Origin: a candidate division WOR-3 bacterium | Lineage (GTDB): Bacteria; Hydrothermota; Hydrothermia; B15-G9; WFZT01 | Length of the DNA stretch: 64,000 nt | Assembly: GCA_027053075.1 (NCBI GenBank) | Contig: JALUEE010000090.1 | Span: forward strand, 1 to 64,000 | Reading direction: 5' to 3' | Part shown: one piece after another, positions 29,842 to 40,082 of the stretch | How the letters are laid out: every line of letters starts with the position of its first letter | How positions within the stretch are numbered: the first letter of the stretch is position 1 | Notes under the pieces: model-generated | Databases searched by the model: none | What the model was told of the DNA's origin: nothing | The model's input: the letters and a program-made list of their open reading frames with translations, nothing else | Made by a program: the position numbers and the translations under genes

Positions 29842-30849
29842 TTATTTAAGCTTCTCTATTGCCCACTCGATGTGAGGACTCCAGAGATCATTGCCCTTCT
29901 CCCAGAGCTTCTTGAGTTTCTCGATATATTCGGGGTTTCCAGAATTGCCGGCAGCAATTATTACGTTTCTCATAAATCCCTCATACTTCGAACGCCTGAC
30001 CGGTGTCCCCTGAAATCTTTCTTCAAATTCTTCCTCACTAAGAGATAAAAGTTCTCCAATTAGCGGAGCAAAAGTTCCCTCTCTTGGTTTGAAATCCTCA
30101 ATTCTCGTGGCTGGAATTTTCTGGTTATAAGGGCATACCTCCTGGCAGATGTCGCATCCGAAGACCCAGTTCCCCATTTTCTCGCGCAATTCCTCCGGGA
30201 TGACCCCCTTGTACTCAACGGTTAAGTATCCTATGCAGAGATTTGCGTTAATGAGGCGGGGCTCCACGATGGCACCTGTAGGGCAGGCATCAATGCATCG
30301 TGTACAGTTGTAGCAGAGATCAGGCTGAATCTGCTCTTCGTCAGTTTCCAGTTTTTCCTTAAGAATGACCTCTGAGAGGAATAGGTACGAGCCAAAATTC
30401 TTATTTATGAGCATGGCATTTTTGCCGATCCAGCCAAAACCGGCCCTGTAGGCGAGTTCCCTTTCAAGTATGGGACCTGTATCAACGTAAATTTTTCCGT
30501 GAAGGTCAAGCTCTCGCAAAACGCGTTTAAGCTTCTTTTTCAGCACCTTGTGATAATCTCTACCCCATGCATATTTTGAAATCAGGGCACGCTCTGGGTT
30601 ATTCATAAATTTCTTTAGCGAGAATGTGAAATAGCTCGCTGCAAGAACAATTATGGTGCCGTGCCCATCAAATATTTTTTCAATATTTTGAATGGCATCG
30701 AGGTGCCGTGCCATGTATTCCATTTCACCGTGAAAGTTGGACTCGAGCCACTTCTTGAAAAATTCTGCCGTCATATAATCTCTGGGTCTTAAAAATGAGA
30801 TTAGGTCAAAACCCTCTTTCCTGGCGAGCTCTTTAAATTTTTCCTCCAT
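29842..30849 (-). CDS. queG: Epoxyqueuosine reductase
   Basis: YAWGRDYH, VDTGP..ERE, GWIGKN, CxxCxxCxxxCP, GCDICQ.VCP. Confidence 0.93.
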   Translation of the reverse strand: MEEKFKELARKEGFDLISFLRPRDYMTAEFFKKWLESNFHGEMEYMARHLDAIQNIEKIFDGHGTIIVLAASYFTFSLKKFMNNPERALISKYAWGRDYHKVLKKKLKRVLRELDLHGKIYVDTGPILERELAYRAGFGWIGKNAMLINKNFGSYLFLSEVILKEKLETDEEQIQPDLCYNCTRCIDACPTGAIVEPRLINANLCIGYLTVEYKGVIPEELREKMGNWVFGCDICQEVCPYNQKIPATRIEDFKPREGTFAPLIGELLSLSEEEFEERFQGTPVRRSKYEGFMRNVIIAAGNSGNPEYIEKLKKLWEKGNDLWSPHIEWAIEKLK

Positions 30850-30928
30850 CGGTTAAATGATAAACCAATCCATCCGAACACATTCTGGTTGAACATTGAC
30901 AGATTCTTAAAAGATACAAGAAAATTGA

Positions 30929-31606
30929 GTGATGGCAGGAAAACTGTTTGTGGTGGCCACACCTATCGGGAATATTAAAGATATAACACTGCGGGCACTT
31001 GAAACCCTTAAGGAGGTTGACCTTATCCTCTGTGAGGACACGAGAAGAACGAGACCTCTTCTCTCGCATTACGGTATTTCAAATGAGCTTTTATCTTACA
31101 ACGAGCACAACGAGCGCGAAAGAATACCATACGTCTTGGAGATGCTCGAACAGGGCCATGATGTAGCACTGGTCTCAGATGCTGGTACTCCCGGAATTTC
31201 TGATCCCGGATACCGCCTCGTAAGAGAGGCAAGATTGAGAGACTTTGAAGTCGTCTCGATTCCTGGTCCCTCTGCAATTATTGCGGCCCTTTCTATTTCC
31301 GGTTTACCCACAGACAGATTCGTTTTTGAAGGCTTCCTGCCACGTAAGAAATCAAGGCGTTTAAAACGCCTGGAATTTTTGAAAAAGGAGGATCGAACGA
31401 TTATAATTTATGAGTCGGTTCACCGCATAGAGCGAACCCTCCATGAGATTTTAGAGATTATGGGTGATAGAGAGGTGGCTCTGTGCAGGGAATTGACGAA
31501 AGTACATGAAGAAGTTAAATTTGGAATGCTAAGCGAAATAATCAAGAAAGGTTTCACGAAAAAAGGTGAGTTTGTGATAGTTTTAAGAGGCTATGATGAG
31601 TCTTGA
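30929..31606 (+). CDS. rsmI: 16S rRNA C1402 2'-O-methyltransferase
   Basis: ATPIGN, EDTR, SDAGTPGISDPG, RELTK.HEE. Confidence 0.95.
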   Translation: MMAGKLFVVATPIGNIKDITLRALETLKEVDLILCEDTRRTRPLLSHYGISNELLSYNEHNERERIPYVLEMLEQGHDVALVSDAGTPGISDPGYRLVREARLRDFEVVSIPGPSAIIAALSISGLPTDRFVFEGFLPRKKSRRLKRLEFLKKEDRTIIIYESVHRIERTLHEILEIMGDREVALCRELTKVHEEVKFGMLSEIIKKGFTKKGEFVIVLRGYDES

Positions 31607-32177
31607 CGCTCTGAAGAAGAAAGGGAAATCTTCTTTAAGGCCCTTTGTTAATCTCATGATTGCTCTCAAGGTGTCCCCGGACACTTTGAGTGTGACGGGA
31701 TTCCTTATAACTCTAATCATCGGTTATTTCTATGCTCGTGGAGAGCTTGTACTGGGTGGAATTTTTATACTCGTGTCCGGATTGTTTGATGCCATTGATG
31801 GAGAGGTGGCAAGGGCAACAGGGAAAAGTTCAAGAAAAGGGGCACTTCTGGACTCAAGCATAGATAGAGTATCTGAATTCTTTATCTTTGGCGGCCTTTT
31901 GTACTATTTTAGGGCTAACACCTATGCGTTTGTCATCCTCTACCTTTCACTTGTTTTTTCTATACTCGTGAGTTACATGAGAGCTCGTGGCGAAGGACTT
32001 GGGTATTCTGCCCGTTCGGGCTTGATGGATCGGTCTGGAAGGATGATATATTTATTCTTTGCGTCACTTCTTGGGGAGAGGACGTTTATCTCCCTCATGA
32101 CTGTATTTATGGTTCTGACATTTGCCACTGTGGTGGAAAGGTGGTTGATTTTGAGAAAAATTCTTTCTGAAAAATAA
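31593..32177 (+). CDS. CDP-alcohol phosphotransferase, phosphatidylinositol-phosphate synthase type
   Basis: D..DG..AR.....G...D...D signature plus SY.RAR.E; adjacent to ino1. Confidence 0.85.
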   Translation: MMSLDALKKKGKSSLRPFVNLMIALKVSPDTLSVTGFLITLIIGYFYARGELVLGGIFILVSGLFDAIDGEVARATGKSSRKGALLDSSIDRVSEFFIFGGLLYYFRANTYAFVILYLSLVFSILVSYMRARGEGLGYSARSGLMDRSGRMIYLFFASLLGERTFISLMTVFMVLTFATVVERWLILRKILSEK

Positions 32178-32188
32178 GGAGGTTAGAA

Positions 32189-33286
32189 ATGGGAGAAATC
32201 AGAGTTGCGATTGTTGGTGTTGGTAATTGCGCATCAAGTCTGGTGCAGGGCGTTTACTATTATAGAAATGCCCAGCCCGGTGATTTTATTCCGGGAATTA
32301 TGCATGTGATTTTCGGTGGGTATCACATCAATGACATTAAATTCTGTTGCGCGTTCGACATCAACAAGACAAAGGTAGGAAAGGACCTCTCAGAGGCTAT
32401 TTTTGCTTACCCCAACAACACATACAAGTTTACAGATGTTCCCAAAATGGGAGTGAAAGTTTACCGCGGAATGACCCATGACGGAATAGGCAAATATCTT
32501 GCTGACATTATCGAGAAGGCACCTGGTCCTACAGACGATGTGGCAAAAATCCTCAAAGAAGAAGGTGCTGACGTCGTAGTGAACTTCCTGCCTGTGGGCT
32601 CAGAAGAAGCCACAAAATGGTATGTTGAGCAGGCAATCCAGGCTGGAGCAGCGTTTGTTAATGGAATTCCGGTGTTTATCGCAAGCTCCGAATACTGGAG
32701 CAAGAGGTTTGAGGAAGCCGGACTTCCTGTGCTCGGAGACGATATTAAGTCTCAGGTCGGTGCGACCATTGTCCACAGGACACTGGTACAGCTTTTCCTC
32801 GACAGAGGAGTAAAGCTTGAGAGAACCTCTCAGCTCAATGTAGGTGGAAACACTGACTTCCTCAACATGCTCGAGAGGGAAAGACTTCACTCAAAGAAGA
32901 TTTCCAAGACTCAGGCTGTAACATCACTCCTACCCTACGACATTGGTGAGGAGAATGTGTACATTGGCCCATCAGACTATGTGGCATGGCTCAAGGACAG
33001 AAAGTGGGCATACATGAGACTTGAAGGTAGGACTTTCGGAGACGTGCCTCTGAATATCGAGCTCAAGCTTGAGGTCTGGGATTCGCCCAACTCTGCAGGT
33101 GTAATGATAGATGCCATCAGAGCTGCAAAGATTGCAAAGGATAATGGACTTAAGGGTGCAATAATCGAGCCTTCAAGCTACTTCTTCAAGTCGCCACCGA
33201 AGCAGTTCCCTGACTACAAGGCACGTGCACTGCTTGAGGACTGGATAAAGAAGCACACGGAGAAGAAGGAAGAAAAGAAGAAGTAA
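32189..33286 (+). CDS. ino1: myo-inositol-3-phosphate synthase
   Basis: [43 protein letters not shown]. Confidence 0.95.
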   Translation: MGEIRVAIVGVGNCASSLVQGVYYYRNAQPGDFIPGIMHVIFGGYHINDIKFCCAFDINKTKVGKDLSEAIFAYPNNTYKFTDVPKMGVKVYRGMTHDGIGKYLADIIEKAPGPTDDVAKILKEEGADVVVNFLPVGSEEATKWYVEQAIQAGAAFVNGIPVFIASSEYWSKRFEEAGLPVLGDDIKSQVGATIVHRTLVQLFLDRGVKLERTSQLNVGGNTDFLNMLERERLHSKKISKTQAVTSLLPYDIGEENVYIGPSDYVAWLKDRKWAYMRLEGRTFGDVPLNIELKLEVWDSPNSAGVMIDAIRAAKIAKDNGLKGAIIEPSSYFFKSPPKQFPDYKARALLEDWIKKHTEKKEEKKK

Positions 33287-33307
33287 TAATTTGGGAGATC
33301 TTTGAAC

Positions 33308-33351
33308 TTAAGTGGGGCGGCACGCTTCGCGTGCCGCCCCACTTAATTTTT
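33308..33351 (+). terminator. 18-bp hairpin terminator after ino1
   Basis: TTAAGTGGGGCGGCACGC-TTC-GCGTGCCGCCCCACTTAA followed by a T-run. Confidence 0.8.
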
Positions 33352-33354
33352 CTC

Positions 33355-33403
33355 AAAAAAATTTTAGCCCCTCTCTCACCGGTAGGTGAGGAGAGGGGGC
33401 TAA
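33355..33403 (-). terminator. Second hairpin with a T-tract on the minus strand
   Basis: TTAGCCCC..CTCACC/GGTGAG..GGGGCTAA with an A-run on its left side. Confidence 0.6.
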
Positions 33404-33778
33404 GTCAAACCACCTCCTGCGTCCTTATTCCCCCTCCATGCAATTTTACAAATGGCAATTTTTCTGCCACAAGATAAAATTTGGGATGGAGAAATGTATA
33501 TGCTCCTTCTAATTAAGAGAAGTGTCCTTTCTAAACCCGGGCTGCAGGGCAGATAGGAGCAGAAAGATTTATCATAAATTCTTAAAAAGTTCTATTTGAT
33601 GAACGGGCGGCGTGCTTTTGTCTGAAGTCCCATTTTGAGACTTAACCAGGAGGAAAAGTTCATAAAATGCCCAAAATTCCTGCTAATATATCGAGTCCCA
33701 AAATGGGACACAAAAACGGAACACTCTAACTCATTTTATTTTCTGCGGAAAAACACTCTAAACCACAGGGTGAAAGCT

Positions 33779-34492
33779 CTACAAAATATTTTTGATCTCG
33801 CTGAGTCGGGTAATCACCCAATCTGCTTCCGTATCCCCTTCCCATTCCGGGTTGAAGAGAATGGCCTTCATGCCCACAGATTTTGCTCCCTTAACATCAT
33901 ACTCTTCGAGGTCGCCCACCATAATCGTTTCCTCGGGATAAGACTCGAGCCTTTCGAGTGCCCTTCTAAAAATCTCAGGATGGGGTTTCCTTATCCCTTC
34001 ACCGGCGGACGAAAGGATTTTGTTAAAAAATTTGTTTAATCCATGCTTTTCCATCAATCTTAAGACAAACCTGTGGCAGGTAGAATTTGATATCAGGCCC
34101 AGTCTGTGCCCCTTATTCTTCAGGTATGAAAGCACATCCAGCGTGTCTGGAAAGAGTACATATTTCTCAATTTCCGGGGTAAAGAAAGCGTCAACTGCAC
34201 GTTTCTTTATGGATTCAGGCACATTTTCAATCTGAAGAATGGATAAAGTTTTATCGAGAACTTCGTCGGCTGTAACCTCCTTTAGGGTCTCGTCAGCCTT
34301 CTTGAACGCTTTTAACCTTTCTTTTGTCCATACCCTGAGAAGATCGTCAAATTCGATGTAAATACCCTCGAGAGAAAAGACCCTATGCATGAGCTCAACG
34401 CCCTTTCGATTTACCTCTTCCACATCACCTGTGAATTTTACAAGGGTATTCCCCAGATCAAAGATTAAGGTCAAAAAGCCCTCCCTCTTCAA
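33779..34492 (-). CDS. HAD-superfamily hydrolase
   Basis: FDLGNTL, ISN, KP.P.IF, VGD...DV. Confidence 0.9.
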   Translation of the reverse strand: MKREGFLTLIFDLGNTLVKFTGDVEEVNRKGVELMHRVFSLEGIYIEFDDLLRVWTKERLKAFKKADETLKEVTADEVLDKTLSILQIENVPESIKKRAVDAFFTPEIEKYVLFPDTLDVLSYLKNKGHRLGLISNSTCHRFVLRLMEKHGLNKFFNKILSSAGEGIRKPHPEIFRRALERLESYPEETIMVGDLEEYDVKGAKSVGMKAILFNPEWEGDTEADWVITRLSEIKNIL

Positions 34493-35489
34493 TGATCGCC
34501 GTTATAAGTGAAATTGTGGCCTCAACATCGGACTTTCTCACAATGGAATTTGCACTGTGAATGTATCTTACCGGGACAGAAATGGCGGTGGCGTGGACTC
34601 CCTCACGAGAGGTCTGGATGGCTGCTGCATCTGTGGCTCCAACTCGTTTAACGATGAGCTGATAGGGTATTCCTCTTTTCTCTGCGAGGCTGGAAATGAA
34701 ATTTACCCAGGCGCGCGAGGCAACAAAGGCCCTATCAGAAAGCCTGATTTCAGGTCCTTTCCCAACTTCGGCAAGCTTCCTGTGAAATGGCACGCCAGGG
34801 GTGTCAAGGGCAACTGTTCCCTCAAGGGCAACTGCAAGGTCAGGTTCGATTCCAAATGCCGCTGTTCGAGCTCCCCTTAATCCTGCCTCTTCTTCCGCTG
34901 CAGCGAGAAGATAAAGGTCCACAGACCTCTTCGAAGCCCTCCTTGCTGCCTCGATCATCACGAATACCCCGACTCTGTCATCAAAGGCCTTACCAAGGAT
35001 CGCCTCTTTCTGCTCAACCGCCTTTGTATCAAAGGTTACAGAATCACCTATCTTGATGAGCTTCTTAACCGTTTCAGGTTCAAGTCCGGTGTCAACAAAC
35101 ATCTCGTCGAGGTCCGGTAATTTTTTGTCCTCTCCTTTTCTGACGTGAGGTGGAACTGATCCAAAAACACCGTAAACTGGCTCCTTACCCCAAATCACAA
35201 CTCTCTCTCCATAAGCATGCTCAGGGGGTATGCCGCCGACAGGGACAACCCGAATAAATCCGTCCTCGTCAATTTTTGATACCATAAAACCCACTTCGTC
35301 CATGTGGGCGTCAAGTAGAAGCTTCGGACCCTCACCTTTTATGTGTATAATGAGATTACCGAGGGGATCTGTTTTTACTTCATCCGCCAGGTCTTTGAGT
35401 TCGCGGAGCACAATTTCCCTTATCTTACCCTCGTCACCGGGAATACCCGGGGTATCCGATAATTCAATTAAAAGTTTCCAGTTAGTCAT
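34458..35489 (-). CDS. M42 metallopeptidase
   Basis: AHMDEVG, KAFDDR, EEAGLRGA, RYIHS. Confidence 0.92.
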   Translation of the reverse strand: MTNWKLLIELSDTPGIPGDEGKIREIVLRELKDLADEVKTDPLGNLIIHIKGEGPKLLLDAHMDEVGFMVSKIDEDGFIRVVPVGGIPPEHAYGERVVIWGKEPVYGVFGSVPPHVRKGEDKKLPDLDEMFVDTGLEPETVKKLIKIGDSVTFDTKAVEQKEAILGKAFDDRVGVFVMIEAARRASKRSVDLYLLAAAEEEAGLRGARTAAFGIEPDLAVALEGTVALDTPGVPFHRKLAEVGKGPEIRLSDRAFVASRAWVNFISSLAEKRGIPYQLIVKRVGATDAAAIQTSREGVHATAISVPVRYIHSANSIVRKSDVEATISLITAIIEEGGLFDLNL

Positions 35490-36273
35490 CTATTTCTTGC
35501 CTCCTTTCAGCGATTTCCTTAAGAAAATTTTTAAGCTCTTCGGGATTCCTGAGGAGGATTTTTAGTTCCATTAAGACGTTTGAGAAATCCTGTAGAGCGT
35601 CCTCAACATTTTTTCGGTTGGTTAAAAGTATATCAAATGCCATGTCAGGATTCTGGGCAGCAAGCCGGGTGGTGGATTTGATGCCTGGACCCCAAAAATC
35701 TGCATATTTTGACGAGAGTCTTGTGAGAGCCAGGGCTATCACATAAGGCATATGACTTGTGTAAGCCATCACAGTGTCGTGTATCTCTGGTTCGATCCAG
35801 ATGGGAATTGCACCAACATCCCGAACGATGGTTTCAACAACTTTTTTGTCTTTTCGCCGAAGATTCCCGGAAAGGAAAAATTTCTGATTTTCAAAGAGGT
35901 CTGCATTCCAGCTCTCAGGACCCTTTTTCTCTGTTCCACACAGTGGATGACCTCCCACAAACTTGAGTTTTTTCCGCTTTGCAATTTCCATTATCCTCAG
36001 CTTCGTACTTCCAGTGTCCATTATGATCCCGGCAAAACTTTCTATTGAGTCGAGGATTTTCTCGTTTGCGAGAATAGGAGCCGAAAGTATCAGAAAATCA
36101 ACACTACCTTTTAGCTCGTCGAGTGTGTCAAACTGGCCGTCAATCTTTTCCTCAATTGCCTTTTTTATGGCCTTGTCTTTATCGAGGCCAAATACCTGGT
36201 ACTTCCCGGTTTTTGCAAGAGCAAGAGCCAGTGATCCACCTATTTGACCGAGACCCACGATTCCAATTTTCAT
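35482..36273 (-). CDS. tyrA: Prephenate dehydrogenase
   Basis: GLGQIGGS, D.GSTK, GGHP..G.E, HD...A..SH.P. Confidence 0.9.
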   Translation of the reverse strand: MKIGIVGLGQIGGSLALALAKTGKYQVFGLDKDKAIKKAIEEKIDGQFDTLDELKGSVDFLILSAPILANEKILDSIESFAGIIMDTGSTKLRIMEIAKRKKLKFVGGHPLCGTEKKGPESWNADLFENQKFFLSGNLRRKDKKVVETIVRDVGAIPIWIEPEIHDTVMAYTSHMPYVIALALTRLSSKYADFWGPGIKSTTRLAAQNPDMAFDILLTNRKNVEDALQDFSNVLMELKILLRNPEELKNFLKEIAERRQEIDD

Positions 36274-37091
36274 CTTTTTTCACCAGGATATGAACCTATT
36301 ACCTTCACAAAGGTTGCTAACTTCAGGAGTTCTATGAGTGCATCTTCGACGTTTTTGTCGGTTACGTGCCCCTCAAAATCGAGGTAAAATACATACTGCC
36401 AGGGGGATTTTTTGTCCGGGCGAGACTCGATTTTTGTGAGATTTATGCCTCTTTTTGCGAAAGCTTCCAGACACTCCAGCAAAGCTCCAGGCTTGTGCCT
36501 TGTAGAAAAGACGATGGATGTTTTGTTGTAATCAGATTTCCCGGGTTCCTCACGCGATAGAATGAAAAATCTCGTGAAATTCCAGGGGAAATCTTCGATG
36601 GATTCGTCAAGTATCTTTAGGCCGTAAATCCCAGCAGCCCTCTTTGAGGCGATACATGCATACTCAGGATTGTTCATCTCTTTTATTTTCCTTGCACTTC
36701 CTGCAGTGTCAAACTCTGGAATTGCCTGAAGATTTTTTCTGCGAATGTAGTTCTGGCACTGAGCTAAGGCCTGTGGGTGAGAGATGACGTATTTAACAGT
36801 GGAAAGAGAAGCTGAGTCCACACCAAGAAGAGCATGGGATACCCTTAGTGTGACCTCTCCGTAAACGTGCAGAGGCGTCATAAACAGCAGGTCATAAACC
36901 TGAGTGACGGAGCCGGCAACAGAGTTTTCAATGGGTAGAATACCAAAATCTGCTTCTCCGCTTTGAACAAGCTCCACAACCTCTTCGAATGAATAGCAGG
37001 GGATCGTTTCAATGTCTTCGCTTTTGAAAAACTTCAGTGCCGCTTCTTCTGAAAAAGCGCCTTTCTCGCCCTGAAAAGCTACTTTTTTCAT
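36270..37091 (-). CDS. pheA: Prephenate dehydratase
   Basis: GAFSE, PIENS, SHPQAL.QC, TRF, ESRP ACT domain. Confidence 0.93.
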   Translation of the reverse strand: MKKVAFQGEKGAFSEEAALKFFKSEDIETIPCYSFEEVVELVQSGEADFGILPIENSVAGSVTQVYDLLFMTPLHVYGEVTLRVSHALLGVDSASLSTVKYVISHPQALAQCQNYIRRKNLQAIPEFDTAGSARKIKEMNNPEYACIASKRAAGIYGLKILDESIEDFPWNFTRFFILSREEPGKSDYNKTSIVFSTRHKPGALLECLEAFAKRGINLTKIESRPDKKSPWQYVFYLDFEGHVTDKNVEDALIELLKLATFVKVIGSYPGEKR

Positions 37092-37444
37092 GATAAATCA
37101 CTCCTCAAGGAGGCAGCGCCCCTCAAATAGACATGCTTAATCTCATCCTGTGATTTGTCGGTTTCAAAAAGGAGGAGAATGCGAATAACCCGTTTCATTG
37201 CTCCTTCTACCTCCATCTCCTGGGTGTCAAGCAGTGGAACACGTGTAAGGCCCATCTCTCTTGCCGCCTCTGCCGGAAACGCCTTGTTCAGATCACTTGT
37301 TGCCGAAAAAATGATAGCAGAGATATTTTCTCCAGAAATTTGATTCCGCTCCAGAATCTCTGTCAAAAGCTCTTTTGTGCGGGAGAGAATCTCCTCGCGT
37401 TCATTTTTATTGCAGGTTATAGCTCCTCTGACTCCTCTTACCAT
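37088..37444 (-). CDS. aroH: AroH-type chorismate mutase
   Basis: RGVRGA, FPA.AAR, HVYL.GA..LR. Confidence 0.92.
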   Translation of the reverse strand: MVRGVRGAITCNKNEREEILSRTKELLTEILERNQISGENISAIIFSATSDLNKAFPAEAAREMGLTRVPLLDTQEMEVEGAMKRVIRILLLFETDKSQDEIKHVYLRGAASLRSDLS

Positions 37445-38364
37445 GCCCTGCCGTTTGAACCGAAAAGGCGAATTTTCCTCTTTACCGTTTCTTTCACCAT
37501 TTCTCTGCCCTCGCCGAGGTATTTCCTCGGGTCGAAGACGTCAGGGTTTTCTGAGAGGAATTTTCGAACACCTGCAAGAAAAGATAGTCTTAAGTCGGTA
37601 TCTATGTTGATCTTGCAAATACCTGCCTCAATCGCGGCTTTAATCTGATCATCCGGTACTCCCTTTGCTCCTTTGAGCTCAGCACCATATTTTTCTGCAA
37701 GTGCAACAATGTCAGGAAGTACACCAGATGCACCGTGTAGAACGAGGGGAATTTTAACAAGTTCACGTATCTTTTTGATCCTTTCAATGTCTAATTTTGG
37801 CTCACCTTTGAACTTGTATGCACCATGGGATGTTCCCACTGCCACTGCAAGAGCATCAACTCCTGTGGCGTCTACGAACTCTTTTGCCTCCACGGGGTCC
37901 GTAAGAACTGCTTCTCTTTCACTGACCTTGACGATATCTTCAATCCCTTTAAGTCTCCCAATTTCAGCCTCGACTGTTACCCCCACTGCGTGGGCAAGGT
38001 CCACAACTTTGGAAGTAATTCTTACATTATCCTCAAAAGGTTTATCCGAAGCATCAATCATTACAGATGTGAATCCATTTCGAATGGCCGAGACAATCAC
38101 TTCCCAGTGCTTTCCGTGGTCCACGTGGAGTGCAATGGGGACAGATGACTTTGATGCGGCGAGTTTGACCATCTCTGCTAAAAATTCGATTCCAGCGTAT
38201 TTCATTGCACCTTCACTAACTGCGATAATAACCGGTGAATTTTCTTCCTCTGCTGCCTCTACGATAGCCTGCATAAATTCAAGATTGTTGATATTGAAGG
38301 CGCCTACACCATAACCCTTTTCGTAGGCGTCAGTGAGAATTTCTTTCATTGTAACAAGTGCCAT
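37438..38364 (-). CDS. fba: Class II fructose-1,6-bisphosphate aldolase
   Basis: GAFN, LHVDHG, SVMIDAS, GTSHGAYK, LVLHGAS, KINIDTD. Confidence 0.95.
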   Translation of the reverse strand: MALVTMKEILTDAYEKGYGVGAFNINNLEFMQAIVEAAEEENSPVIIAVSEGAMKYAGIEFLAEMVKLAASKSSVPIALHVDHGKHWEVIVSAIRNGFTSVMIDASDKPFEDNVRITSKVVDLAHAVGVTVEAEIGRLKGIEDIVKVSEREAVLTDPVEAKEFVDATGVDALAVAVGTSHGAYKFKGEPKLDIERIKKIRELVKIPLVLHGASGVLPDIVALAEKYGAELKGAKGVPDDQIKAAIEAGICKINIDTDLRLSFLAGVRKFLSENPDVFDPRKYLGEGREMVKETVKRKIRLFGSNGRAW

Positions 38365-38507
38365 GATTACCTCCTTGTAAATAGTTTAATCTTCGAGAGA
38401 AGGCGTTGCAATAGAGGGTGAATTTATGCGGGAAGGAAAATTTTGTAAGCAGGCATAAGCAATGAGTACTCGAGAGGCTCATCCTGTAAAATAAAAAAAG
38501 AAAATAC

Positions 38508-38720
38508 GCCCCTCTCCCACAAACTTAGTTTGTGGAAGAGGGTGCAGGGAGAAGGTATTCCGCTTGAAAACTTAAAAATCCAAGATGTAAACCCTCACCC
38601 CACCCCTCTCCCGCGAAGCAGGAGAGGGAGATTTTCAGATTTTTGATTGAAATTTTGTCAGATGTGACCACTAACCTCATTCATATCCCAGCAGAGAATT
38701 TACACGGGGAGAGGAAGTTT
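38508..38720. repeat. Cluster of BoxC/REP-like hairpin modules
   Basis: Hairpin + GTATTCCGCTTGAAA, CCCTCACCCCACCCCTCTCCC hairpin, AGAATTTACACGGGGAGAGGAAG. Confidence 0.8.
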
Positions 38721-38785
38721 ATTTTGATGGGGTGTCTAAACTTTTTCTCTGGTAGAAAACCATTAAATTAGAGTGGATTGGGGAT

Positions 38786-39748
38786 TTATTTCACCCCTCT
38801 TTTTATCTCCGGTACAAGATAAAAGTTGATGCCTCTGTAATTGATTCGTTTGAGGTCCCCTCTTTTAACAAGCTGGTCAAGGAAGTTGTCCGGTATGTCC
38901 TCGAATCTTTTCTTCAGGGTTTCGATAATCTCATCTTCCCTCATTGGATGCCTGCGACAAATAGATTTTATGGCCTCAACTGGATTTTCAAATCCTTCAA
39001 GGTCAAATTCACCCTGCTCCGGGTGTGTAATTGGAACTACATTCCCTAATATTGCATGCGCTCTTACAATGGCCTCTTCATCAGGTGGAACAGCCCAGGG
39101 CTCTGCCGGTGGTCTGATGGGAACATTAATATAAACCCTATCCGGCCTGATCTTTTTAAGGGCTTGGGCAAGCTCGGTCAGCTCCTTCTCGCTGTCGTTC
39201 AACCCTTTAACGAGCATTATTTCAAGCCATATCTGACCTTTATAGATTTCCCGGAACCTGATTTGACCATCAATAACTTTATCAATTGTTATACTTTTGT
39301 GCGGCCTGTTTAAACGTTTGAAAGTTTCCTCAAAAACGGTGTCAAGTGAGGGAAGTACTACATCAGCTTTCGAAAGGTCTTCTCTTACTCCCTTGTCATA
39401 TAAAAGTGCCCCGTTGGTGATAACCGCCACAGGTAAACCTGTTTTTGATTTTGCCATCTCGATGAGCCAGCCCAGGTTAATGTTTAAAGTTGGCTCCCCC
39501 TCTCCCACAAATGTGATAAAATCTATTTTATTTTTATTGAGTGAAACTGCTTCGATTATTTCATCAAGGATGTCTTCTTTAGAGAAAAACTCCTGACGCT
39601 CATTGATAAGATGAAGTGTCCTCCCGAGTTGACAGTATACGCATGAGTAATTACAGGTTTTTAAGGGTATCGGATTAACACCGAGGGAACGACCGAGCCT
39701 CCTTGATGGGACTGGTCCATATACATACTTAAATTTTTTCGAGTTCAC
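38786..39748 (-). CDS. Radical SAM protein (COG0731-like)
   Basis: YGPVPSRRLGRSLG, CNYSCVYC, GEPTL. Confidence 0.9.
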   Translation of the reverse strand: MNSKKFKYVYGPVPSRRLGRSLGVNPIPLKTCNYSCVYCQLGRTLHLINERQEFFSKEDILDEIIEAVSLNKNKIDFITFVGEGEPTLNINLGWLIEMAKSKTGLPVAVITNGALLYDKGVREDLSKADVVLPSLDTVFEETFKRLNRPHKSITIDKVIDGQIRFREIYKGQIWLEIMLVKGLNDSEKELTELAQALKKIRPDRVYINVPIRPPAEPWAVPPDEEAIVRAHAILGNVVPITHPEQGEFDLEGFENPVEAIKSICRRHPMREDEIIETLKKRFEDIPDNFLDQLVKRGDLKRINYRGINFYLVPEIKRGVK

Positions 39749-40082
39749 TTTTCACCATCTCCAGTGCCTTTTCAATGGGTACATTTTTCTTCATTAATGG
39801 GAACATTTTTATACCCTTCTTTTCAAGTAGTTTCCTGTTTTGTAGACCCATTGAGTGGCCAATAAAAACCTGACAGTCCGAGAGCAAATGTTTTATGAGC
39901 TTTGCCTTCTCGGGATTGTTGTGCTCATCAATACCTAATTTTTCATCGGTGTAATCATTTATTCGCTTTTCAACGAAATGGAACTCACCATCTTTGTAAT
40001 CGTAAATGTAATACATTTCAGCGTCACCAAAATGGCCAAACCTCACAGTTTTACCGTCATCTGTGGCAACTGCTATTCTCAT
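39729..40082 (-). CDS. NifB/NifX-family protein
   Basis: RIAVAT.DG, HFG.A, R.N motifs. Confidence 0.85.
   Translation of the reverse strand: MRIAVATDDGKTVRFGHFGDAEMYYIYDYKDGEFHFVEKRINDYTDEKLGIDEHNNPEKAKLIKHLLSDCQVFIGHSMGLQNRKLLEKKGIKMFPLMKKNVPIEKALEMVKSELEKI

Noticed and set aside
33635..34039. 134-aa + strand ORF
   Set aside because: Mostly antisense to the HAD gene, with no RBS or motif
39729..40082. NifX-like gene as evidence of nitrogen fixation
   Set aside because: No nifHDK in the window, and the family is common in non-diazotrophs
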